A stretch of 64,000 nt of DNA from Balanoglossus misakiensis (Eukaryota; Animalia; Hemichordata), in NCBI GenBank assembly GCA_040954595.2, contig CM082590.2, positions 4,650,001 to 4,714,000 of the forward strand, written 5' to 3'. The translations under genes were made by a program, and so were the position numbers. Each line of letters opens with the position of its first letter. The stretch's first letter is position 1. Below, piece by piece: positions 11,296 through 24,299 of this stretch. Under the pieces are notes generated by a model. It was not told where the DNA came from, searched no databases, and was given only the letters and a program-made list of their open reading frames with translations.

Positions 11296-12650
11296 CCTAG
11301 ATTTCTGTTTAAATCACTAAACTGGTTGGCACATTAAGCAGCAATTTGAATATTTATGTTTTATAACAGTACGAGCAGTGGAATGGAGTGGCCTATTCCC
11401 ACTTCAGTACAGGACATAGTCTTGCTTTGCAGACTCTTCTCGCTTCACTAGTTCGCCACTAGCGGTGTGAGAACGCGAGAAGCGAAGCCAAAAGTGTCTG
11501 GGGAGAATCACTGCATTCCATTGTGATGACGTACACACAAGACAGGCAATGAATTCAAATATTACAAAGGACCCGTGACCTAGTTGACTTTCAGTCAATG
11601 CGTGTTGTGCCAGACAGTATGTGACTGACCGACAGGCCCCGTCGAAGTTGACAGCCCAGTGCAGTATAAGATATCATATACATGTACAGTGCTGTCAACT
11701 ACAGCAGTGTCTGTAATCATGTGATTGTGAGTGAATATCATTGCACATCTACGACTACATGAATCGAGGATTTTGTTTCGTTTGTCAGTTGTGGGTGAGT
11801 TCCTGTTAGTGTTGAGAAATTTAGTATTTCCCGTCTTTGCAAATTGGCATATTTTTCCAATATGTAGCATTATAGCCAAATACCACATTCTTGCCAAATG
11901 TGCCTTAAAATTTGGAATTGTTGCATGAGAGATTGAAAATCAGAATATATTATATAGAAATGAACCCACTCTCATACAATCAATTTTAAGTGGTCAATGA
12001 CCTTTAATGTACTGTACATTAAAATAAAAGATAGAATTCATAAGATATACAAGTAGTAAAACTTTTCTAAACTATAATTCAAGTGACCATCCAAAATAAT
12101 CTATAAACTCAAAAATCTCTGGTAGAATGAAGCTGAAACAAGTGCTGGCAATTAATGATTTATCTCAAACTGATATTTTTAATCATTTCATCGCCATGGT
12201 TTAGCTTAAATTAATTGTCTTCTAGAGTAAAATTGGACCTCTATAGAAGGAAATGGGGTTGAAAGAATTAAGGTAGTTTTGTACCTTGGAAATTAAAATC
12301 TTAAATTTAGACTAAAAATGTTGGGTCATGGTGCAAATTTAAATGAGAGAACAAGGCGATATAATCTCTACCACGTTGTTTCATGAGTCACTGGACTGAC
12401 CCATCAGGAGACTAAACTGGCCAGTTTATTACTTTTTGCCTTTTAAAACACATCAACAATTTTCAAGATTAGAAATTCCGGTACTCATACCTATCAACAC
12501 TTGTTGATGTGGTCAGTGGAGGAAACATTATAAATTATGTATTTTGATGGTTTGGCTTTAAACAAAAAAACAGAAAAACATTTTTAAAATACAAAAAAAA
12601 TTATGAAACTAGCTTATCAATCTAGAATTTGTAAAGTGAGACATATTTGA

Positions 12651-12975
12651 AGCCCCATGAGCTGCCAAATTCCACATTATTTCTCACAATAAAATACATA
12701 ATAAGATCTTCTCCCTATATCCCCATTACAATTTGCACCATCAAGGCACACTACTTGCATACCACAATAGTTGTGTACTATTTGTATGGAGGCAGATTAA
12801 ACAGGCATGGCACCCATTTAATATATCAGTTGTTCAAATTGCAACATCCATACACAATATGGCGTTGACAAGATGTTCATTTATACCTACCAGTTTAAGC
12901 TCATTTAGATGGACCAATCTAAAGTTGGAAAGTAAAATCATGAAAATAATGCAAAAAGTGGCAGCTCTTGAGGAT
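12651..12975. mobile_element. TTAA-target MITE (Kolobok-like), diverged copy
   Basis: AGCCCCATGAGCTGCCA ... TGGCAGCTCTTGAGGAT then TTAA; homologous along its length to 34288-34594. Confidence 0.7.
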
Positions 12976-13819
12976 TTAAAGAAGGGCAATTGACACATGA
13001 CCCACAACACACGCACTGATAAGAACATCAGTGTAAGAACCGGGTTGGCAAACAGTTTCAGGCAAACATTGACCAGCTGTCATAAAACTGCCGGTCAATT
13101 GTATTGCTCTTTTCAACATAGAATGGCCTTCACCTGCATCTGATTACATGTTGGAGTCAGTGAGACTTCATGTGTACCAATGTCCAGTGTGTAATTGTTA
13201 TCAGCACTGCTCAACTGCATTCATACTTTTTAATTGAAACTTAAATTTTCACTATTGTTCCTATTAGCCAACATCGATTGAGTTGTTGTTCATATCAGCG
13301 CGTTCACACTCACTCATGTACTAAGTAAAGAAGTGTAAATGACATCCGTGCCTACACAAGAACATAAGTTTGGCCTTCCATTCATGAGGTTTCTGTGACT
13401 ATTGTTTATTGACATGCTGTCTGTTGAGCTTTGTGTCTTAAAGATTAAATACTGTTTGTTGTATTAGCTTTACGCCAGTAGACTTAGACGGAAACCACTC
13501 AACACACTTAATATATAGCACAGAATGTTTGTTTAGTCGACAGAAAAACACCCCACCACAATCAAGTAGCTACAAACATTTTTCAACCAGATCGCGATAA
13601 AGTCAGGAATTATCGTGAGCTACAGTTTATAACAGGTATTTGGCAAAATATTGTCGCAACCTTGGCCCCTTCAGAGCAACATTTTCTGAGTTGCCAAAAG
13701 AGGCCGTGATTTATTTCGCATGTTTTTAATTATACTAGTTTAGTATCTAGCCGTATTTTGTCCGCTTTGCTTTCAAAATTATGTCTAGAGTCATGCATGC
13801 TACTACATGCCACTGGCCC

Positions 13820-14047
13820 AATAGAACCTGGGAATTGTGATGTAACTAGCGTCCCTCTGAAGTCAATCCCTGACTGTTTTTCCTAGGATTGGACAAATGA
13901 TATACATGTGTATAATTAAGGATGGGTAATTTTTTTTTATTTCAAATTAGCCCCACCTTCACTATAATCTAACGCCCAATCACCAGTGTTCAGTTTATGT
14001 GATTGACTACAAGGAGGTGCTAGTTACATCACAACTTCTAGACTATT
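13820..14047. mobile_element. MITE
   Basis: Imperfect TIRs containing TTGTGATGTAACTAGC ... GCTAGTTACATCACAA; absent from the homologous segment near 22180-22200. Confidence 0.65.
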
Positions 14048-17000
14048 CGAGCGCTGGCGAAATGGAACCAATCAGAACGTGCGTCTCATAAATGTATCGA
14101 AATGCAAATTTTAACCGTTACTTTGCCTTGCCGATTGGTATTATTTTTTTCTACTGCAGATCGCTGTCCTGCGTGAGTGTTGGGTGATTGGTGGTGATTG
14201 GCTGCTCTGTTTCGGCCTTTGTGTAAATCACGGTCGAGGAGTGACCGTGTGTAAATGCATGTGCCCGTGTCCGCTTATTATCCGGAGACTTCAGTGGAGT
14301 CGCTCAGGTCTGACTGTCAAAAGGACACCGCTCGAACAAGTATGCAGTAAATCATTACATGTTGTGTAGAATATTGTATTTCAAGGGGTATATTTTTTTG
14401 AAAATTGGGCCAGGACAGGCCTAAATTGCAGGCCCAGTCAGACGAAATTGTGTCTACAGCACATTATATAGCTATGTCAGCCCAGCTGTCACATATATAG
14501 CTATGTCAGCCCAGCTGTCACATATATTGTGAAAGGCTAGCGCCATACCTGCGTCACCTTGAAGGAACTCATGTCGGGTCAGAGGTCATCATTCATTTAT
14601 ATTGCATGACTCCGGTCTGCCATGTTTATAGAAGCACTGTCAGAATGACTACAAAGTAACACAGGCATGTATTTCAACAGGTGTTTTATCTCAGGCTAGG
14701 ACCTGCTGCTCATAAAAAGTTAGTTTACAACAAATCAGCGAAAAAGGTTAAATACGTGTAACCAGTAAAATTTTAAATAAAATGTCGTAATGAAAGACCG
14801 GGAATTCTCTGTTATTCGTCACACGTTGGATAACCGCGTGTGTCATGAAGAAATTAACTTAACGTTAAGTAGTGCGTAAAACGGATAAACGCTGAGTACG
14901 TTCAAGGTGGCATTCCATGAAAAGTTGTGACTTTTGCCAAATTTTACTTTTTTACATAAATCGGTAGGTCTAATACTGATCCACATTCTGACAAATGCGT
15001 CTTGGCGGAAATGGTGCATAATCACTTTTTCTGAATGAGTCCTCAGCTTAAGAAATAGTTGTCGAAAATGCAAATTGCCGTTTTTCTCAGTTTTCATTTT
15101 CGCTGCTTTTGACAACTTCAGAAGAATTTAGCTTCGCTCTGCGTTGGCCGAATTTGCTCAAATTTTAACAGGGGATTGTGTATAACCCATCTAGCAATAC
15201 GAAATTTGTTTAGTCGATAAAGTGTTCCTGGCGGGAATAAACTCGGATTCAATACAACTCACTGTGAATTTGATCAAATTTCCTAAAAATCTAACTTTCA
15301 AACGCTGTTACTCCTCAATGGAAGCAGATAACGCAAAACAAAAGTTTCTTTTTTGCTCGTTTTGAATGACATATTTAGATGCATGATGCATGATCAACTT
15401 TCTACCTAATTTCAATTGCATGACGTAATATAAAAAAAAAATAGTTTTTTTAACCCCAAAACGCCACCATTTTCGGGGGTCATTAAAATGTGCAACTCAA
15501 ACAAAAGTACAAAAACTAAGCTTCCAGAATATGTATGGTTCATAGGGGTTTTAAAGTTGTCTTTAAAAGTGTGGCATAAAGAATCTATCCCAGTACTATG
15601 GTGACGTCATTCTAAAATGCATGCTTGTTTTAAACTACCAAAATTATGTTGTTGTTTTTGACAGATACTGGCTTCGCTCAGACCAAATCGTTATCATACA
15701 ACACCTGTATTTACTAATGTGTTAGTATTCTAACTGAATATGAGCCAGTATTTCCATTAATGAAAACACATGCAGAAACGGGTTTTAACTGTTTGGCCGG
15801 AACTATTTTTGAGAAGTAACGTGCTTTATCATCACACTATGTTGTATGATATCCAAACCAGATGCAACTTTGTTTTGTTACAGATATAAAATAAGGCCGC
15901 ATTATTTTGCAAAGACTCTAAACTCGTCGATCAAAATCACACTAACGCATAACGTGTGGCTAACGGACAGTACGCATTTTCAGGACGTTCAGATCCTGGT
16001 CGCTCATAAATCATCCCGGCTGTATAGTCCAAAAATCCACAGACTGCAAACAAATGATTTTCCAGCCTATTTCTGAAAAAATGTCAATGCTTACTAAAAT
16101 GTTGATATATCTTAGCCAGATTCCTCTGGAAACAACTTGCTACACAGCGGAGCGAATAAGGAGTGGACGACCGTTCCCTTGCGAGCGACGCACGGGACAA
16201 TGGACTCTAGTGGAAAGAAGGGTTGTACTGTAGGGTTATAGAATTTGTAATCTCTTTGTCAAAGCTTGCAGTCTTGCCATGTTGACCGTAACATTAGAAC
16301 TTCGCCGGGATTTCACAATGCGAAATCATTGTAAAAATATATTATTTTGAAAGAAAGCAGAATATTTTTTTATTTGAATGTGGAGCATCCCATTTGAATA
16401 ATTTTACAGCCTACGTTGATCACCTGATCGATAAGTTACCAACATGGCTATACTCCAGCGACACCCACGCGACAGGTTCACACATCTTGGCGTGAAATTG
16501 TTTATCTCAACGGGCGCATCTTTTCAAAGGATAGCGTTTTTTTAAAGGTATGCATGTATGTTTGACCGATATCGCGCTGCATTCTGGTAATGTGACAATA
16601 TTTTCACTCCTTGCTGCACAACTCAAAATATGAAAAACATGTGCATACATTAGCTGAATACAACGCGATATTGGTAAAACTTGTTGTACTATCTCCTAAA
16701 TAATGCCCATAATGTAATATGTAAATGGGTCTCTGAGGAAATGACGGTTGTAAAAGAAATGCTGGAGTGTCCAATGAATGTGTCGTTTAGGATAGACTCA
16801 GAAACGCGACAAAACCCCTTTGCAATGTAAACAAAAATGCCGACATGCACTCTGAACTCGCACCTGTAAAACAAAAAAAAGCAATAGTCGTCCATCATGA
16901 ATAAAGATTATTCATAAAATAATATTGTAGAAGTTATGGATTTTAATTAAGAATACCTCTTGCCAACCTACATCTTCTTTTCATAATCTCGAATAAATTC

Positions 17001-18949
17001 AATAATCCTTGTGGCATCATTTCCAACTTCCATAAACGAACTAATAATTGCAACATTAGCTAACTTTAGTCTTGAACTCAATTCCACTGGACGTCGACCT
17101 GCATACACGCTCAGAATAGCCATGGAACGACAGAGCAAACAACTTTGATAACAACGGAACTTTGTGTGGTTTCTCACTGTCCCCTGTTGCCCCGCACAAA
17201 TGGAATTCAACAAAACCACTCGACACCATTTATTGCAACCAGTGTTTATTTTTACGCACATAAAATACCCCAGCTGTAATATATAAACATATAAAGCTAT
17301 AAAATCTGAATCTTTTCCTCCCTATAAATGAATGTTATGCCAATCAGCCTAGTAATATAGAAATAATGGACGACGCCCTGACCATAAACGTTTGTTTATG
17401 GGCAAGGGCGAGGGGAAAGCCAAAAATTCATGGGCGAGGCTTCCGAGCCCATGAATTTTGGCTTTACTCGATCAGGGCGGAGTCGGTTATTTCCATTATA
17501 TTACCAATGAAGTCAAGAAAAATTACATCACTGCAGTAATCTAATGAAAAGGCTTCCACAAAACATGTGAAATGATCTTCTGTTTGAAACAAACTTCAAT
17601 ATAGAGATCACAGAGTACACAGCACGAAACCACAGGCACATTTCAGTAAATACTTGTAACGGTTGCTTTTCACTATCTGTCCCAGTAGGTCTACGTATGT
17701 AATAATTGCTGTTACAGGCCTTGTAAGGTTGATCAGATATAAGACGTCTGGTATTACAGGTGTGTATACAGGGATGTCATTTCTGACTGTATATAGTGCT
17801 GTGATCACATGAATGAAACAGTGGAGTGGAGTATGAATGCTACGTACATGGTGTGTTCGTGTCTGTGTTGAATTGACAGGTCGTTCGGAAACATGGGTCC
17901 ATTTAGCCTCGAATACAGGCACAGTTGTTTGTACATTGGTTACAATTCTCTGTCGATATGGCTTTCCACGGTACTGTACATGACCTCTATTTGAAGTCTG
18001 TACAAACAGTGATTGGACAGGCAAATATTTGAGGCCCTGTCATGTTACTGTGTCTACAGCGCTTTATATAGTATAGCTGTCAGCCAAGCTGTTATATTAA
18101 TTGTGAATGACCATCCCTATGCCTGCGTCACATTGAATGGACCCATTTCGGGTCAAAGGTTATCCTTTTATATGCTGTCAATCCAGACTGCCCTATTTAC
18201 AGATGCATTGTCAGAATGATTACAAAGTAACACAGGCAAATATTTCAACAGGTGATTTACCTGAGGTTGCTCATAAAATTATGCTTTTAATATACCAGCG
18301 AAAGAGTTTATACGTGTAACCAATACATTGAAAATAAAATGTCGTTCAGCAGAGACCAGGACTTCTCCGTCATTTTTGTCGCACGTACGTATATTCTGTT
18401 GAAGAAAATAATACATCAATAAGGCCACACATCAAGTAGGTTTAATTGATTGACATTAAAATAATAAGGCTAACTGACTTGCCGCAAAGTTTTCGCATGA
18501 TATTATAAATCATATGACACTACAGTAAAAGTCAATTGGTTTAAATATGAATTAAAAATAAACTAGACTTACTTAGAGCAGTTGTTGTCACTGCCAGGTT
18601 TTATTGCATTTGATGTGAAGCGCCAGCATCCTAACATATAACGTAATGTCGGCTACCTGGTCAAGTGAAATTCGAGGAACGTCACATTCCGATAAGAATA
18701 AGGAAATAAAAAATCGAGAATTTTGACAAAAATTAGTGACACTTATAATTTGGCGCTTGGTAGGGGCATGAAAATATCATATTCATTTATTGTTTATTAA
18801 AATTCGTTTAATTGCGAAATGAGAACATTTCGTAAGTCAGGTTTATGACTATGCGTACGGGTCACAATCCCGTCGGTAGGTTTGATGTGAAGACCATTCA
18901 AACAGTATTGCAGTATTTGTGAGCTATTAAACTTTCCCGCTTTGTTTTG

Positions 18950-21880
18950 TGCTTTTGTTAACTGGTACGGTGCGCCATGTGTATCCGATAGGCTGCAGTT
19001 GTATGCAATGTTAACTTGGTTTGTGAACAATAGGACAAATATGTACATTTTTATTATAAATACTTGAATATTTTCATGTTAAGAAGAGTTTGGCTTTCCC
19101 CCCACAGTCCTTCCTTGACGATCTCCGGGCATAGGCGGACAGCCCTGGAAGCATTCACTTCATTTCAAACATGTACACAAAAGTTAAATCATTGCAACTT
19201 AAGTCGCAAACTCAGTACACTCAACATAGATTTCTAAATGACACGCCATCAAAACGATTGGATCTGCATACACAGTCACGACACTAACTCAGTGACAGTC
19301 TAATGCAACCAACTTCATAGCAACGGCATTGATAACAAACACCACTTGGCAGGATTTATTGCTGTCAACGTCTGCCTTGCACGAATGAACTTCGAGCGAA
19401 ACCACTCGACACTATTTACTGTAACCAGTGTTTGTCTTTGCAGACGCAAAAAAAACCTTCCAGCTAAATATAAAGACATACAGTTTAATGGCTGTCAGAA
19501 CCACGTCAAACAGTCTCAGACAGGTCAGCCCAAGTTTGGATTTCCATCCGAGTACTACTGTAGTCCCCTCTCTGGGCGCACACAAAGTCAATCGGATACA
19601 ACGTTCTCACATGTTCAATGTTGTCAAGTGAGATAAAGCATTGCTAGCAGTTATCATAGCCGTAGAGAATGGCATACACCTGGATTTGATTACATTTGGA
19701 GTCAGTGAGACTCTTTGTGTGCCAGTGTCAATTGTATCATGTTCATCAGCACCATGTACACTCGTACATTTTGACTACAATTTAATACACCATTGACCAG
19801 CCTCAATAAAACTGTCAGCCACTTCTTTTGTATTGCTCTTATCAGCGCTCCCCCTTTGGTTCAATGTAAACAAACGCGGAGGATATCTTTGCCAACACAT
19901 GACTACTTTATAATAATAACATTCTCAAATTTGACCTTCAATATATGACGTTTGGGACTATGTACATTAGGGTTTTTGTTGTTGAGGATAAACTGGTATG
20001 GTGTGCCATGTGTATCTGATAGGCTTCAGTTGTATGAAATATTAACTTGGTTTGTGAACAATAGGGCAAATATGTAGTTTTTTATTATAAATACATTTAT
20101 CACATAAACCGGCCCTGATCACCAGCTGTGTGATGTAGACCAGGACAGATCAAAAATCCAGATCACCCCTGTGTTACCTCATCAACCGCAACTATTTCCA
20201 CCGATTCGCCGTAGCTTTGTTGTCAAACAGAAACAGTACGTGTAGCGCGCGGCATTTACAATTCAGAAATGAAATAAAGAAATGACGGTTCCATGACAAT
20301 ATTGCTTTGTAAGCTCAAAACAGAAAGGTGGAATTTGGAAAGAAGACAGTCGACGCAACGATCATAGACGATCGTGGCTGTCAAAGTTTTGGGTCAGGTA
20401 CACATAGCCTAGGCTAGGCGCAAGTCCGGTACGTTCCGAGTCGAATCAGTGTGGGGAATTGTTTCGAGCCAGTTCAGCGTGACGACTGAACCTCTCTATT
20501 CCACCTGTCAACGAAATGTATAAGACGTGGCAACAGGTTGCAGTAAAATTGTTAGAGAATCGATTACATTTGTGTAAGGCTGAACTTCGAGCGAACGGAA
20601 CTCAACGACTTGTTGGGAGATTTTGTGAATGATCAGCGATAGTTCATCATTTGCGTATATGCAAATGATGAACTATCGCTGATCATTCATAAAATCTCCC
20701 AACATATATCTCGTGGGGGGAAATAATCCTGCTCAGTAAAAATACGACGCCGCTCCAAAATTGTTGCAAGATACTGAATTTTTTTAGTAATGCCTCTTCT
20801 AACGAACAATAAGAAGACTGTTCATGTGATAAATATATAATCCCATGATATCTTTCTTTGTTTAACGTCATCGTATACTCGTGGTTTTCGCGGAAGCGTA
20901 CAACTTCTCGCCTGCAGCTCGAAGTTGCATTGCTCCGCGAAAACCACTCGTATACGATGACGTCAAACAAAGAAAGATATCATGGGATTATATGTAAGTA
21001 TATTTTCATGTTAAGAAGAGTTCGGATTTCCCCTCACAGTCCTTCCTTGACGATCTCCGGGCATAGGCGGACAGCCCTGCAAGCATCCACTTCATTTCAA
21101 ACGTGTACACAAAAACTAAATCATTGCAAATTAACTCTCGAACTCAGTACACTCAACACAGATTTCTAAATGACACGCCATCAAAACGATTGGATCTGCA
21201 TACACAGTCACGACACTAACTTAGTGACAGTCTAAAGCAACCAACTTCATATCAACCGCATTGATAACAAACACCACTTGGCAGGATTTATTATCTGTCA
21301 ACGTCTGCCTTGCACGAATGATCTTTGACCAAAACCACTCGACACTATTTACTGTAACCAGTGTTTGTCTTTGCAGACGCAATAAACCCTTCCAGCTAAA
21401 TATAAAGACATACAGTTTTATAGCTGTCAGAACCACGTCAAACAGTATCAGACAGGTCAGCCCAAGTTTGGATTTCCATCCGAGTACTACTGTAGTCCCC
21501 TCTCTGGGCGCACACAAAGTCAATCGGATACAACGCCCTCACATGTTCAATGTTGTCAAGTGAGATAAAGCATTGCTAGCAGTTATCATAGCCGTAGAGA
21601 ATGGCATACACCTGGATTTGATTACATTTGGAGTCAGTGAGACTCTTTGTGTGCCAGTGTCAATTGTATCATGTTCATCAGCACCATGTACACTCGTACA
21701 TTTTGACTACAATTTAATACACCATTGACCAGCCTTAATAAAACTGTCAGCCACTTCTTTTGTATTGCTCTTATCAGCGCTCCCCCGTTGGTTCAATGTA
21801 CACGAACGCGGAGGATATCTTTGCCATCACATAACTACTTTATATAACATTCTCAAATTTGACCTTCAATATATGACATT
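18950..21880. repeat. Tandem duplication of a ~1-kb non-coding unit; second copy carries a ~900-bp insertion
   Basis: 18960-19065 matches 19990-20094 and 19070-19955 matches 21000-21880 at high identity. Confidence 0.92.
20091..20993. mobile_element. Non-autonomous element with A...A'B'...B layout and two long palindromes
   Basis: Present in only one copy of the duplication; left end 20091-20105 complementary to 20824-20838; 20835-20993 is a near-perfect inverted repeat. Confidence 0.75.
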
Positions 21881-24299
21881 TGTAGATTAGGTATTGTTGT
21901 TGTTTAGGATATTCCGATCTGATGGTTCGGAATTAATTTTCATACAGTCTTGTAATTAGAAGCTGTGCTCCTTGAGAATTAAACATAGTTTGTTCTATTT
22001 GCTTAACCCGTATAGACATTGACCAAAACAATTCCACCACTATCAAGAAGTATACAAATACTTTACAACCAGATCGCGATAAAGTCAGGAATTAGCTAGA
22101 GTTCATACAGCTGTTTGACATGCATCATCGCAACCACGGCCCCTCTAAGGACACTAGTTCCACGTTGGCAGAAGAGGCCGTATTTATGAATCGAACTCTA
22201 TCCAATCAAAACGTGTTTCTCAAAATTGTGTTCATATGTAAATTAAATCCCTTCTTTGCCTAGCCGACTATTATTCTATTTGAACTGCAGATCGCTGTCC
22301 TGCGTGAGTGTTGGGTTATTGATGGTCATTTGCTGCTTTTTCGGCGACGGTGTAAATCACAGTCGAGGAGTCGAGTAGTGACCGTGTGTTTATGCATGTG
22401 TTCGTGTCCGCTTATTGACCGGAGACTCTAGTGGATTCGAAAAGGCCTGGCTGACAAAAGGACACCACTTGAACCAGTCAGTACACAGTAAACTATGACA
22501 TGTTAAATAGCTCCATGAGTATACACATGTATTACAGTAGACTACATCTGGGACACACCGCACTGACTACATGATCGTGTGTCTGCATCGCCACGGAATT
22601 ACAATTTACATACATGTAAAATTTAAAGCTTGAAACGTTGAACAATTTTGAAACATACGTAGAGTATTTTGGTCCGGCAACACCGTGTGTGTTCTGGAGA
22701 AGATATTGACTACACTGTTATCATAACGTCACACTAACCTTTGTCCTTACTGACCCACGTACAGTTGTCTTCTTATAGGGAGAAAACAATCTTCTACACC
22801 ATTTTATCAATTAATCAATACAAGATTTTGACACCAATGTTACAATTTCAGGCTGTCGAGTGTTGCTAAACGATGCCCGTTAAATTCACTACTGACCGCC
22901 GCCACAGTTTACAAGCATTGGACGTTGTGTGCGTCTCTCGTTCGTTCATGCAGTGACACGCGTGAGGGCGAGAACATTACTTTAATGCTGTAATAATGTA
23001 CATGTGCTTCAAGTCAAATCTGACACGACCTTTAGTTAAGTGTCCGTAAGAAATGTTAACGTTTCTTGGTTAAAGTATGTGTAGGTCTATTCTAATCAGC
23101 GAGGGTTACATTTTGCCAACTTCCCCAAAACAATATCATCGAAAGGTTCATACAAAATATTTCATTCACCGACGCATGCGTACTTGAGCATCATGCCGTG
23201 AAGAGACACTTTCATGGGGAAGGGATTAGCAATGTTAAGAAAATATCTTAGAAAGTGCCTGTTACAAAAGAAGGTGATGTAAAAGTTTAATAATAACATA
23301 TAATGCCGCTTTTTGAATCGCTAGAAATTTGAAACACAAACACATAAGCACTGGTTGGTCGTAATTGCTCGGAAAATTGATGTTGTGCAATTTTCACAGG
23401 AGAAGAAATTGAGTGAATTGATATTTACCGGAAAAAGTCACAGCGCAGCCGGCGACAGGAATTGATTTTACTTGTTCAGTATTAAAGAAGACGTGTTCGT
23501 TGTCTAATGGGGGCGCTGCACTACACAAAGGTTTATTGTTTTAACCAAAGCTTCCAAAAATCAGCCAAATAAAAAGTTATCGGCACCCAAACTAGATCTG
23601 TTCATACCTTGTGAGAGAGTGGTTCGATTCACCACATCAAAGAAAACATAACGATAGAGTCTGAAACGGCTGCACAACTTAAGTACATCATGGCGAACAA
23701 TTATTCTCCGCATATACGTCATCGATAGCCTTAATTAACACCTGTGGAAAAGGCAGTCGGTGTTATCCTTCTAATGGCTTCTGTTGCACTTCATCAATCA
23801 TTCTGGAGAGTACAACAGAGGATAATAAAATATTGGGATCACCGACTCTTGTTTTTAAAATACAAGGTCAGGAATATTGTCTATAATTGAAGGAAATTAC
23901 CAAGCTAGCATTTGTTCGCCAATGGTTTGTCGATTGGCAAAACATTATTGAATTGTATCTCAAAGTATATTGCTGTAACCATACGCTTTTATTTGACCGC
24001 TTAATATAATAATTGTATTTGACTGAGCTATGTGTACAATTTCATGAAAATGACAATAGTAACATCAATTGTTCTAGCAAATCTCAATGAAAACTTTCGG
24101 GAAGAAAATAATGTGCAAACATGTTCGCAGTTTACAGGTTTACTTTGTGCGCATACATCCGTAACACACGCACTGTAATCGTGACATACGAGAAATTCAT
24201 TCAATTGTCACAACCATTTAGTGATTTATCATCAAATGTAAATTTTTGTGACACAAGCTGTTTCTCTTCATCTCTATTTCAGTTGAAGGATCAGTTTGG

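Noticed and set aside
14900-16080. Large DNA-transposon-like segment
   Set aside because: Looks repeat-derived, but no matching TIR pair or TSD could be established.
16968-17261. MEVGNDATRIIEFIRDYEKK as an exon of a second minus-strand gene
   Set aside because: Protein-like, but splice sites are weak, no family is recognised and no partner exon was found.
19346-21563. Paralogous ORFs in the 1-kb tandem duplication
   Set aside because: Frames differ between copies because of indels, so there is no coding conservation.
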